Source: Callorhinchus milii
Lineage: Eukaryota
DNA: 64,000 nucleotides
Assembly: GCF_018977255.1 (NCBI RefSeq)
Contig: NW_024704742.1
Location: 42,906,001 to 42,970,000 of the forward strand
Direction: 5' to 3'
The notes beneath the pieces were generated by a model. It was not told the DNA's origin and did no database searches. It saw only the letters and a program-made list of their open reading frames with translations. Made by a program: the position numbers and the translations under genes. Numbering within the stretch: position 1 is the first letter of the stretch; the number at the start of each line of letters is the position of its first letter. Below are positions 25,005 through 37,965 of this stretch, piece after piece.

Positions 25005-28000
25005 CTCATCCAAATATTCTTGGGATTTTACTAACAAATAATTTTGTCGATAAACATTCATAGACAATGTGCAAACGTCTTTGTTTTAAGGTTATATTAT
25101 CTGATTACTGCCTCGATAGGTGGGTTATGCAAAGTTAATTAGTAACAAGAGGGTTCATTTCCGTAGCATGTAAAAATAGTTTTCAGGTCTATGATCTGCT
25201 GAAAGACTGCGGATCGGCCATTGCTGCACGTAAACATACCGGCTGTTGATTTAGTCTCAACTTCGATATCTACATGGAAAATTCAAACGCTCATCATCAC
25301 AATCTATCCAGCTCCCTGCAGCTTCATCCTACTCATTATATCAAAGGAAACAATACAATCAGGCAAGCAGTGAAAACTGATGGATTTTTTATGATGAGTC
25401 AATAAATCAATACTTCTTGTACAGAATAAAGGTTATTTTCTGTTTGCGCAAATGTTATCAATTTTGAAATGTCAGTGCATTGTTCAAAAATCTACATTGG
25501 CAAATGAATTCAGCTGTCAAAGGTACTGTGTGTATAATGAAATCAGGTAACACTTACAATGTTCCTCTAAACTGCGACAGCAAGCCTTCCTATTACCATT
25601 TTTAAAGCACTATCTTATCTTGCTAAAAGCAGTTACCGTGATGCAATTGTGTTCGGAAATAGACTGAGGACTCATTATCTATGAAAGAAATTTGCAAAAG
25701 CAAAAATCAAAAGAATTTGAGCTGAAGCAGGCGCCAAGTATGAGTACTTCAATTGCATTATTATGTGCAAAGCTTGTATCTAACCGTGCATATCTTTTCA
25801 AAAAAATATAAATTTTATGACAAAAAATGGAACTATTTCTAATCGGTTTATGCAACCTGCTTATCTATCAAAAATAACTTTTGTTTCACTCTTGTGATGA
25901 AATATATTAAGTGGCTGACTAGTGACAGCTTCATTTTGAACAATGTTTCTATTACTCCTGTTCTTGAAGTGCTGACTCATGTTGTGGTGTTGACACCCTC
26001 TGATATTTTGCTTAAATGACCGTTCTACATGTAAGATATGGTTACGCAGCGTAAACCTAAACATTTGGCAAGATTGGCAAATCATGAACCTTGCAGGTAC
26101 CTGGGTGCGTCTTTGACCTTCTCCAAACTCGCTCTAGTGTCGATTTCTGCTGCTTTCCTGCTGGAACACAGGAACTACCTTTGGTTAGCTTGATGAAAGT
26201 AAAAACTGAGGTTGACGTCTGAGAAGATTGCCAACACTCATTGGCATTTAATCTGTGGAAAATATTATAATCAAGTCAATTTCTGTGCTCACCTGACAAA
26301 CACACACGTACTGGTTAGTAATCAGAATATAATATAAATATATAAAAGAATACAATTCTCTGGGACGAACCAGAATATTGTAATATTGTAATAATAAAAA
26401 TTTACTTAAATAACAGAAATTGTTTTATTACTGTATTATGTGTAAACTGATGTTCCTAAAGCTTAGTGTTTTCTATACAAAATGCTTCCTCCATGAGAAA
26501 ATCTGCCTTCCTTAAACAATTTAGGTTGGATGAGTTTTAGTTTTCCATTAACAGTAGTTGGAGGGATTCAGTACTTGCACTGAAGATATGAATCTGACCT
26601 ACGTGTACAAATCCATAAGTGAGCAGTCATTTAATCTGTGGCTTTTTTGGAACCTATTTGGAACCTTTTGTTACAATCTGTATTAATAATAAATTTTGAA
26701 AGTTGCATCTGGATAATCCTGGCATTTGCTCCAGCTCAGAATTTATTGCAAGCATTTGCAGTCAGACTGCAACTTCTTGCACATTTAAGTTGACAGTAAT
26801 TAGAGTTTATTGTGGCTTGCTGACATCCCAGGTCCTGGTATCAATGTTAAGGGTTAGCACTAGCCTCTCCAGTGCCGTGAGCATTAGTTTTAATGAGAAG
26901 ATCTTTGAAAGCTGATCTTTAAATGGAGATATAGAAGAATAAATAGCTACAGTCTACAGCCTTACCTCTCTTCCTTTCTATGTGGAAGTAAATAAAATAT
27001 TACCTTAGCTGGAATAGGGTGGCATTGCTAGTGCAGGAAATAAGTGACCTTTTGGTGTCAATTCATAATACCTTTTATTGTGTTCATTGAATCTCATCAA
27101 CTAGAATGACATGACTGACAGCAAGCATATTGGGGCCTATAAAGAGACATTTATCTCCACAATACAATCCACAAGAACATTCTCTTCACAAATTAAACAT
27201 GTTGAGATTGAAAAATCGCTGTGAAACCTTCCGGTATCAATTTTGATACAATTGGGAACCGCTTATTCATCAACTTGCTCATACAAATGGTTTAATTGTT
27301 TAACCATTCTGTTGTACTATTCGAGAAATGTGAGATTCTCCCTTTGTCCTGGCCAACAGTCCTAGAGTCATTAAATTCATTTATTTTTTAGGAACCTTGC
27401 ATTGCGCACTCTCAGTCCTTTTTCTTCCATCATCGACCATAGAAACGGGTCAGTTCAGCACCCAATTTTTTTGGCCATTTTTCACCATTTCTTTGTTGCT
27501 GTTTTCAGTAATTCTGTAGTTCGATGAAGCTTTTATGTACGAGTTTGATAATATCTCCAGAAATCAGAAGGCCCGAGTGGGTGAACAGCAGGGGCAAAAT
27601 GACAAGAATCCCTCTACATCCTTCTCCTCAGTGAGGTCATGCCACAGAGGCCCTGATACTGGTGCAGAATCCAATGAATAGTTTCTTGTTTTTTAAAAAA
27701 TAAAGTTGTCATTAGGGCTTCTCTCCCTACTAACATGATGGTGATTATCTAAATGAGAAAGTCAATGAGATAAACATGGAGAACTCTTAACAATTATCTA
27801 AAAAGGTAATGATGCACTTAGTCATTGAACAGAATAAGAATATACAACCAATTCTGCCTGGGGCTCTACCACTGTATGAAGCAGAGAATTGAGACATGTT
27901 GATGCGATTATGTAACCAACACTTTCAGATGAGTATTCAGTGACAGATGTATTACACTCTTCTCCAAAACACAAGTTTTGCATTTGCCCATAAAATACAC

Positions 28001-29707
28001 ACTATACTTTACAGGAAATCATGTGAAGCACTTTGAGACGTCCTTCCGACATCAAAGGTGCTATATCAAGTGCAAGGATTATTCTTCATTAATAGGTCAA
28101 ACATATTTTGACAATAGAGATCACTGAGATAAGTTATCATTATTTAGGTAAATGTTGTCCCTTTAAGTTTAAAAAGTACCAATTCTCCTTTCCTTTTACC
28201 TCTTATACATTTAAATTCCTCCCAGAACATTTGAAGCCTGAAACTGAAGACCAAGATTACAGACTTTTAAGACTTTCCATACCAACTTAAACTCAGTTGT
28301 GATTTTGTAAGCTAATTTTTTACAGTTCTTTTTGGAAGTGTAAACAAATTGAATTTAAGACTTTTTCAAAATTTCTCACAATCATACATTTTAGGACAAT
28401 GGTCTTAAAGTCTGAGAACATGAGAATTTTTGGTACTTTTTTGTTTAGATTCACAATAGAAAATACCTAAAGCAGTTCAATTCAGCAAAATACATGGATA
28501 AAGCATTTGTTGTTTGCTGCTCACTACTTAGACATAACCCTATAATTAGAAACCTTTTGGTATATATCACAGTTCCAACAACTCCTGAATGTTCTTCATA
28601 CCAGCAGTTACAATGCCAAAATGCAACAACTTACCATAAACAAGTTGTTCTCAAAGGTGAAACAATTCCATTTTTACATGAAAAGCAACAATTTGATCTA
28701 TTTTAGTAACTTCATTTGTGATTCAAAAGTCTTTTACTTAGAGGAATCTGATGTTATTGTCAAAGATTTTGCTCAGTATTTCAGAGGGTATGTAACAGTA
28801 CAAATAAGTTTCCAGAAATGGTGGTTGAGGACAAAACACTCGACTCATATTAAAAAAAATCATTTTGATGCTGTGATGGGAGGATGGAAGGAAGGATGAG
28901 TTCAGATGGGCCTTCTTGATCCGAACTCTCGTGACTTGTGCATCATTCCTTAAACATACAAGCATTATAAAAGAGCAGTGAAATAACTTATGCAGTTAGT
29001 TCAGTGCCACAGTTTCACCAGGGTGGTTACTATCACCATGACATAGTCTAACCAAAGCTTAATTAGTTTGACCACCAGATATCAGAGAAGCATTAATGCA
29101 ACTATCACTGCATAAAAACACTAGATGTTTAGGGTACATCTGTAATCATGTTTTTAATATTCACACAAAATTAAGTTAATGGCTTTCATGGTTGATTATT
29201 AATTAGGACATTTGAAATTGTATGAAAATCAATTATACTTTCTATGCTGGATTGCAAATATAATTGTCAGTGTTGATCAGTAGCATTCTTAAGTATGCAC
29301 ATTGGGGAGAAATAATGAACGATTGCTGCCACTGCAACCAGGATGCATTGCCGGCTCTGCTTGATGGTATTGTATTATCTTCACCATCTCTGACAACACC
29401 AACACTGACAAAGCCATCTTGGACTATTGCTTCATCTCTCTTAACCGCCTCCTACTCACGGAAGTCACCCTCCCTGATCCCAACTCCCAGCTCGGGTCCG
29501 AAACACTGACTGTCCAACACCTTGGGATGTCCTCCCAATGTGAAAGATGCTATACAAATGTATCAGCGCTTTGGGACTTCCCCCGACGTGAAAGGCGCTA
29601 TATAAATCTAATTTATACTTGCCACTTTTTCCCAGCTGGTTCTGACCTTGTTCAGTCCCTCATCCCTTCCAATCCACCAAAAGCAGCCGTGCCTTCAGTC
29701 ACTTATT

Positions 29708-30045
29708 GGAGTCCTGAAGCTCAGTGGTTAGAGCACTCGCCTCACAAGTGAGAGACCTGGGTTCGATTCCCTGCAGGGCAAAATGTTGGACAAGTTTCCT
29801 TACTCCACACGCCTGTTTACCTAGCAGTAAATAGAAACCAGGTTGTTAGTTGATTGGTAGATCGCCTTTTCAGGGATAATAATCCCTCAAAAAAAAATTT
29901 GGTCACTGTTTGTTGGGACACTGCTGTGTACAATTGGCTGCTACGTTTTAGCCCATAAATATACAGTCAATTCACTTTACAGTATATTCTGTGAAGCGCT
30001 TTGAAATGTCTAGAAGATGTGAAAAGCGCTATGTGATGTGAAAAG
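29708..30045 (+). mobile_element. tRNA-derived SINE (family A, long form)
   Basis: ggagtcctgaagctcagtggttagagcactcg...gggttcgattccc head; shared 3' body. Confidence 0.88.
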
Positions 30046-30269
30046 ATTGCATCTAAAGACCTTCTGCTTTGATTCTGCTTATGGTCATCTCCCCTCTCTC
30101 CGTGGCTGCGTGATAAGCTTTGTCACTGTTAAGCGCTCCGAGACACTATTCGTGTGAAGGGCGCTATATAAATGTCAGATGTTGTTGGCATGTTGTGAAG
30201 GGGACATAACGTTGAAGCCAACTCGAAGAGCTTTATGAGATATCCTGAAAAACTTGGTTGTGTGTATTT

Positions 30270-30765
30270 TAATAATAATAATAATCCTTGCAATTGATAT
30301 AGTGCTTTTCACGTCGGGAGGATGTCCCAAAGCGCTTCACAGAACACACTGTCAAGTGAATTGACTGTATATTTGTGGGCGAACGCGGCAGCCAATTGCG
30401 CACAGCAGTGTCCCACAAGCAGTCGTAGATTGAAAATGACCAATTTATTATTGTTTTGGGTTTTGGAGGGATTATTATTAGGCGTGTGGAGTAAGGAAAC
30501 TTGCCCAAGGTTTCGCCGTGCCTGGAATTGAACTCAGGTCTCTCGCTTGCAAAGCGAGTGCTTTAACCACTGAGCTACAGGACTCCACAGCAGTGTCCCA
30601 CAAACAGTCGTGGATTGAGTGACCAAATTATTATTATTTTTTTCTTGAGGGATTATTATCAGGCGTGTGGAGTAAGGAACCTTGCCCAAGGTTTCGCCCT
30701 GGTGGGAATCGAATTGAGGTGTCTTACTCCGAGACGAGTGCTTTAACCACTGAGCTACAGGATTC
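30270..30765 (-). mobile_element. Tandem family A SINEs: full copy 30270-30586 plus 5'-half copy 30587-30765
   Basis: Two heads (ccactgagctacagga) ending at ~30586 and ~30765. Confidence 0.88.
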
Positions 30766-31749
30766 CTAAAGATAAGACTGAATTAATGAATTTATCACAA
30801 TCTTTCAATGTACTATTATAGATCCAGAGGCATTTTTCAATAATAATTCTAATATTTCTCACTTTATAATTAAAGTGCTCCTTCTGGCCATCTTGATGTA
30901 ACTCAGGATAGCATTTAACGATCGGAGCTAAAAGCAAATACGCTGCAATCTCTAATCAAACACAGTCTGCTTGGCATAAGAAATGCGGATCGAATCAACA
31001 GAGACTAATAGCTTAGAACATTTAATTTGCAAAACAAACCATATTAATGGAGCAGTCACCATGTCTGTTGTGCCCGAGGAAAGAAAGGTGCATGCTGCAA
31101 ATCCAGAAGTAGTGCAGCTTCGTGGGTAGAGCCAGGTGACTGTAACTACCAATGTAGTTACATCAATTCACTTTACAGTATGTTCTGTGAAGTGCTTCGA
31201 GACATCTCGAAGATGAGATAAGGCGCTATATCAAATGCAAAGAATATTATTACCAAAAATTATTTCAAATTCCATTAAAAGTAATTAAACCTGAATCAGA
31301 TCAACAAATACAGACAAAAAAAGTCTTGCACGTAGTGATCATGAAGCACAAATCTGTAAGAAAATACATAAACAAGGTTTACAATTAATATATGCTCTCC
31401 CAGGGATAATTGTAAAGTGGGATTTTCATTACTTGAAGGAGTTGGCTACATTCAGCAATATGCCAAGAAATTATTTAAGTTTCTTCCTCATAATCTACCT
31501 TCAATAATTGTTATGCTGCATGTTTTTTTAAAAAAATTACAGCAGTTGAAGATGTTTTGGACAGTACCTTTTGTATTGTACTGAGACAAAAAGATGCAAT
31601 TAGAAGTGTGAGGAGTGAATGCTTCATAGAAACTTGCTGTGTCTTCCTGCATTTTCGCTGCTGCAAGTATCACAGACATCACAGCAACAAAGCTACAGAA
31701 AGCCATAGCAGGTCAGGCCTAAAGTGGTGAGATTGCTGACTCAGCATGA

Positions 31750-32280
31750 CAATTTTTGGGGATTCAGTTGGGTATCTGACACATGTAGAAATCCATTACC
31801 ATGTTTAAGAGTAACCAAACCAGTCAAAGTTTCACATATGCATGCTGCTTCCACATGGAAATTTCCCTATGTCTGGAATGGAGTATGCACTTTCTCACTG
31901 GAGGGACACATCCTGCTTCACCTAATTTTGTTAGTAGTTGGTACAGGTTGGCAAAAACCAAGGTTTAGGGACCCCAGAGTGTGTTTGGGGGTACTGCTAA
32001 AAATGCATTATCTTGCCATTATGGTAAGCAATGGCGCTCAAGCGCTCTGAGACACTGCCCAGGGTGGAGGTTGCTATGTAAGTTCAAGTTGTTGTTGTCT
32101 GGCAAACTTCCCACCAGTTGTCAGCAAGGCACTAACCCTTTAGATTGGCTGGGCTGTCATCAACATTGCCCTGGAGTACTGCTGATCAGCCAGCTCAGGA
32201 ACCAGTCCCTTTAGACGCAGCTCAGCTCCAAGGTTATCCAAGCTCCAAGGTTATCCAAGGTTATCCGGCTTACCTCTCCC
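31750..32280 (-). mobile_element. Family X repeat copy with a nested L2 tail (~32040-32100)
   Basis: Similarity to 16520-16860. Confidence 0.7.
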
Positions 32281-32769
32281 CTCAGAGAGTATAGTCAGCA
32301 TTACCAAGATGACATTGAGGGATCCTCCAAAACCAGAAGCTTTCCTGACTCCCAAGCAAAGAGGAACCACAGACCCCATCAGTCCAAGAAGGAACACCAG
32401 AGCTAGACAGGGAAGTAATACCAGAGAGTGAGGTTAATGCTTGTCATCGAAGAAGATTCAGCAAGGATATGCACTGCGCCAAACTGAGACTCAGCAACCT
32501 ATCACAACACAAGCATGGACTCTCAGCTCATACAGACATAAGACACATATTTCTGTTTCATGTAGCTTTCAAAACTCAAACAGAAAAGGAATTCAACTGG
32601 CATTACTACTTTGGAATCCTCACTAAGATATTCTTCTCACCTGTCCATCAGTGAAATTGATGTACAAAGCAAAAATGAGGTTATAGATACTTCCCATTCA
32701 ACTGATAAAAAAATTTAAGAAATCACACGAAAATGCCATTGAGCTTATAAAATCATAACCTACCCACTT

Positions 32770-33110
32770 TTGAAGGTTAAGAGAGGATCCAATAGAGGAT
32801 CAATTATTACTACTGTTTAGTGAATTGGTAACAGGGCATAAGATCAGGAATGTTACTGAAAGGGGGAGGTGAGAAGGAACATTTTCATGCAGAGTTTAAT
32901 TAGAGCATGAACTGCTTTGCCAAAGCTGGTTGTGGTGGCTAAGGTCGTATCATTGAAAACGGAATTGGAGAAACATTTGAAGATGAAAACTATGAAAGAG
33001 TATGTAGTGGGAGCAGAGAATTGGCATAGAGTAGTTAACTCTGGGGGTGGAACTAATAACGGCACAAGGTCATTGAGTGGAAGGATTGGTGCAGTAATAT
33101 CTATGATTCT
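32770..33110 (+). mobile_element. CR1 3' fragment, old
   Basis: gagaaggaacattttcatgcagag...gcatgaactgctttgcc. Confidence 0.65.
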
Positions 33111-34419
33111 AATTACAGGGCTACTTAATCTGCTGAGATAGGCTGTGTAACAAGCAGCGATGAACCTATAGATGAGCCCCCAAGTACATTTCCAGTGCTA
33201 TGTGTGAGTCACAACTTCCTGGCTCCTGACACTCTGTGCAGAGAACATGGTTTATGTACTCATATCTATGGCTCTTTTGGATTTTAAAATCATTGGTCAT
33301 ATCACCTTCAGTATTGCTTTTTCCAATGAAAATAAATCCAGCGCTTGGAGCTCTCTGCGAATAATTTATGCTGTGCGTTTGTGTTAGTGGCATCAAAGCC
33401 ACATTGCTCCAAGCAGTATATTGTTGTGGAGTGAACAGAATAACTGGATTTATAATTTTAGATCGACATCATCTCAAAGCTACAGAAAACCAGTGGCTGA
33501 TTGAGAGAATCTTTTTTTTTAATATTAATCAGCCCCAGGATGCAATTGACTCTTTAATAATATTAAATTAAAAGATATGAAGCCAGCAATCAGGCAGCCT
33601 GGGAGCTTTCAACGTATTACATGAGTGATCTCTGTGTGATACACACTCACAATGTTTATACTGCAGAGGTCAAACCGCATTGCTCCTTAACTACTTCTTT
33701 TAGCCTCGAATAGGAAGGTTACCTGGATCCCATGATAGGAGGATCATCCCTTTTGATAGCTGGATGGGGAAAACAAAATCTAATTTTGCCTGAGCTCCCT
33801 GGGTTGGGGGTGTGGAGGGGGCGAAACAGCCAAGGTTCCAGCTCCTGTATCATATCCAGAGACCCCTGCTGGAAGGCCCATGTAAAATAGAAAATAACAT
33901 AAATATAAAGAATATATGATGCTGAGAACGGGGAAGAAGAGAAACTAGAAGTATAATCAGTGACAGAGCAAGTTGAATTTATAAAATATTTTAAGTAGTT
34001 TTGTATTTGGATTAATTGATTAAAGTTAAAATCACAATTATAACGTTGTTCTGATGTTTTATTACTGTAGTATCCACTTTTGTCCATGTTACATAATGTG
34101 AGCTTAAAATGTAAGAAAAACTGTCTCCAGGGAACTCTCTATACTGTACTTTGCGTTTATCATCCCACGTTCCATAATTGATGTTCCCAGGCTCTATTTT
34201 TAAATGTGGATTCTATAAACACTTGCTTCCACTTCCTCAACCAAGCTTTTTGGTCAGAAGGAAACATCTCACCCAAGCCAGACTCTGTCCTCCACTTAAT
34301 GCACATTTTTATTTTTTTCCAAAATCTCCTTTAAGCCTCTCCTCCAGGATCTGACTCAGTCTGCCTTCCCTTGTCAACAGGTGCAGGGTGAGAAGAGTCC
34401 CTGTCCTCAGGGACTGGTC

Positions 34420-34780
34420 TGCCTTTCCAAGTCCTGCCAGGCTGGCTGGGCTGTCATCAGCAGCTCCCTGACTCAGGAAGTGAATTACTGAGACCACCAC
34501 AGAGGGTTGGCTTGATTCTGAATTCTGTTACAAAGCATGTCATCTTGGAATCAGTTTAGCTCCAAGGAGACCCCATTTATCTCGATCCCCCAGAACAACA
34601 GTCACTTAACATCCAACAAGCCTGGATTTGTATCACTACTAGATGGATGGCAGGTACCAGGAACTCCTGGTGGGCTTCCTAGTAGGCAACACAGCTCAGC
34701 ATGAAATGTGTGAGAATATTGCCTCCATCTCCATGCCCACAGCTTGGACACACATTCCTTCCTATTGAGCAATGGTTCAA
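34420..34780 (-). mobile_element. Family X repeat copy (head half)
   Basis: Similarity to 17170-17460 and 1-190. Confidence 0.7.
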
Positions 34781-34916
34781 CCAGGTACACTTTTTAGAAA
34801 ATATGTTCAGTACATATACCAAAATATATCTATAATATTACAATGGACTAAAAAGCTATAGCGGATCACACTGATTGTTTTCAAACATGCTGTAATACTT
34901 GTTACAAGACAAACAT

Positions 34917-34922
34917 TTTATT
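34917..34922 (-). promoter_or_regulatory. Probable ADGRA3 polyadenylation signal AATAAA
   Basis: tttatt on + strand about 400 nt past the stop, after an AU-rich repeat-free UTR-like stretch. Confidence 0.6.
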
Positions 34923-35314
34923 ATGTAGCAAAATTACAGACCCAGAAGATGGATATTAGGCAGTGTTTCTGAGCTTCACTATTCATGCAGTTTTATGTAT
35001 AAAGCTTAAAAAAACATCCAGTACTGCATAATACAACAGAACTAAATGCTATAAAAATAGAAATTGTGGCATTGTTCTCTATGTCTCTTTACACAAAGGA
35101 TTAATATGAGTTTGGATCACTTAAAAAGATATGTACAGAAAATTTAAAAAAATTATAGCTTCACGTATCAGAAATCAGACCGTACCTTCTGTATTCATTT
35201 TACAATGTAGAATGTTATTTTGTAAACATTTTTACAACAATAATTTTAACAGTTCAAAAGAATGTACCTCACAGTTTGATATGTTTTTTTAAAAAAATTG
35301 GGAGACTTTGTAAA

Positions 35315-36575
35315 CTACACAGTAGTTTCGTTTCTCCAAAACCCAGTTCTGATGTTTCCAGTGCTGTCTGCATTGAGCAAGGGTGCATCTTGGCTGCTGC
35401 CTTTCAGCAGTCCATTCTGAGTGGCCAAATTAAGACCGTACGATTTCTGGTTCTCAAGTTCAACCATTATAGGCTGCTGTAAACTGTCTTTACTGCTACT
35501 GACCCCGTCCTTCTCTACATTTCGATTACAATGCGTCAGTGTGTAGCTGACATCACTGTTGTCAAGTTGGCTGTGGCTGTAATGGCGCTCCCTCAAAGCA
35601 GAGCGAGACCGTCTACTGCCATGGTGACTCTCATGGTTGCTGTGCCTACTCTTTGGTTGGCCATTATGCACACTTCCCTCTACACTTGTAGGAACATCAT
35701 ACGCATACTCTCTTAACACTGCGAGTCTGCTGTGTCGATGAGCTTGGTGTGCCCTAGTCCGGTTTTTATGGTGCCTGTTCACTTGTCCATTGGGACGGTA
35801 CGCCACTTCCACAGGAGCTACGTGCATTTTCAGGTCATTGTCCATTGAATGCTCTGTAAGGCTGTTGTCGAGCTGTGTAGATATGTTGCTAGCCACAGGA
35901 TTGATCTGATTCTGCACTGCTGCAGCGTGAAGGTTAGTCAGTTTACATCCCTGGGAAAGTTTGTTGTTGCTGGATGCAGTCTTGTTGGTAGTGGAGGATT
36001 CTCCACTACTGTTTGCAAATTTTGGAGCCTCTCCGTTGGTAAGACTGGCACCTGGAGGTTGAACATTCACCTGCATAGAATAGGTGCTCCTTCCTGGACA
36101 GCAAGTAGCCATCCAACATCGTCTTACATCTTCTCTGCCAATGCAATGGTGAAGCACAAGGAAAGCACCTAGACTCAAAGCTGTCGCCCCAAAGAGACAG
36201 CTAAAAATAAGATCCAGAGGATAATATTGTGAAACTGCAAGAGCCCCAGATACCCAGAGCACAGCATACATAAATAATGCTAGACTTGCACCAATCAACT
36301 GAGCTTGAAACGTGTGCTCATTCTCCAGTGCAGAGGATGAAACCACTGAACAGTTTGCTTGCGATGTAGACATTGAATCATTTAAATGCGAATCGCCATG
36401 TTCGATGCTTGCCAAACGTTGCTGTTCTTCTGTCGTTTCCTTTAGCTCATATTTACGTTCTGGATGCTGTTTATGCTGCACAAAAATGCTAAGGAAGTAG
36501 ATGCAGTTCACAAAGAAGATAAAGCCCACAGGCCCATAGAATGCTCCTAAACTTGGTTCCCAAGCCATCCAACAA
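35315..36575 (-). CDS. ADGRA3: ADGRA3 terminal coding exon (TM5-TM7, C-tail, PDZ-binding ETTV, TAG stop)
   Basis: Acceptor tttcag|T then CWMAWEPSLGAFYGP; 425-aa ORF in track; stop at 35315-35317. Confidence 0.98.
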
Positions 36576-37197
36576 CTGAAAAAAAAATACAAAAAAAATT
36601 AAAATAGATTTTTTGCTAGCTGAATTCTAAAGCATTACACATCTGGTATAAACAGTTCAGTATTAATCTGCCAACATGTGATTTATATGGGATGAAGCAT
36701 AATTTGTACTTTATCTACAACAGTCAGATGAAAGCGCCTGGGCAAATCTTTCTGCTGTGGAGTGACTCACAAAGGGATGCTTTGCCAAATACTACAAATA
36801 TCTCCTTCTGCTGACTTTTGTCAAAGCTGGATAAATCCAATAATGCTGTTGAAATTCAACTCAGTAAAATCAGACTTTGGTTGGTGAAACACAGTGACTC
36901 CCTGAAAGGGCTCGGGATTGTCACGTAAACTGGGGGCATCGATTCGTTGGGCGAAAAATAAAAAAAATCAGAGAAGTATTTCCTCCCCACACCCCTCACT
37001 CTTCACCTGCCTGTTGGCAATAGCGAGGATCTTTCAGTTTCCAATTCTCGACTGCACACAAACAGCTACACTGTGGCCACCGTTCATGCTGTGCACTCCT
37101 GTCTAGCGGCTGGAGGCACGACTGCATTTTGAGGGGGTGATGAATTCCTGCGAGGGGGCACTCAGAAATTTCCCGTATTCCCAGTCCACCATGGCCA

Positions 37198-37965
37198 TAC
37201 AACAACAACAACAAGATTCCATTTATTGAGCGCTTTTCACGTCGGGAGGACGTCCCAAGGCGCTGTACAGTTGGGTCAGGACCCGAGCAGGGGGGAAATG
37301 GTCAGGGTGAGGGGAGGGAAGGAAGGGAGCGAGGAAGGGGTAGAGAGTCGAGAGGGGAGCTGAAGGCACGGTTAAAGAGAAAGGTCTTGAGACCGGCCTT
37401 GAAGGAGGAAAGGGAGGAGGCGGCGAAGGCACTGGGGGATAGAGTTCCAGAGCCTCGGGGCTGAGAGGCTGAAGGCCCGTCCACCGATGGTAGGGCGGTT
37501 GGGGCGGGGGATGTGGAGCAGACCGGAGCCAGAGGAACGGAGGGTACGGGCAGGTAGGTAGGGGGATAGTAGGTCAGAGAGGTAGGAGGGGCAAGGCCGT
37601 GAATGGCCTTGTAGGTGAGGATGAGGATCTTGAATTCGATCCTCTGGGGGATGGGGAGCCAGTGGAGGCGAGCGAGGGTGGGAGTGATGTGGTCCCGAAG
37701 CCTGGTGCAGGACAGTACACGAGCTGCAGAGTTCTGAATGACCTGCAGCTTGTGGAGGGAGGTGCCGGGAAGGCCGGCGAGGAGAGAGTTCCCATAGTCC
37801 AGCCTTGAGGTGATAAAGGCGTGGACCAGTTTCAGCAGCGTGAGGGGTGAGGTAGTGCCGTAGTCTGGCGACATTCCGGAGGTGGTGGAAGGCGGTGCCA
37901 GTTGTGGCGCAGATATGAGGGTGAAAGGACAGCTCAGGGTCGAAGAGAACACCGAGGTTCCTGAC
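37198..37965 (-). mobile_element. Young 5'-truncated L2 LINE (ORF2 C-terminus + 3'UTR)
   Basis: LVHAFITSRLDYGNSLLAGLP...LQVIQNSAAR...HITPTLARLHWLP; (GTT)n tail; CpG-rich. Confidence 0.92.

Noticed and set aside
26101..26252. Possible minus-strand exon (ttccacag acceptor, open frame of ~50 codons, gtacct donor)
   Set aside because: Weak donor, unrecognisable peptide and no partner exons; compatible with chance.
29708..29785. tRNA gene (also other A/B-box heads, e.g. ~62305-62379)
   Set aside because: Each runs directly into a SINE body, and I could not build a complete cloverleaf.
32226..32270. Short tandem ccaaggttat repeats
   Set aside because: Local slippage inside a family X copy; no spacers, not CRISPR-like.
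1..34900. A second protein-coding gene (e.g. a first exon of the mammalian neighbour KCNIP4)
   Set aside because: No recognisable peptide found; ORFs in the track are short and repeat-derived or random.
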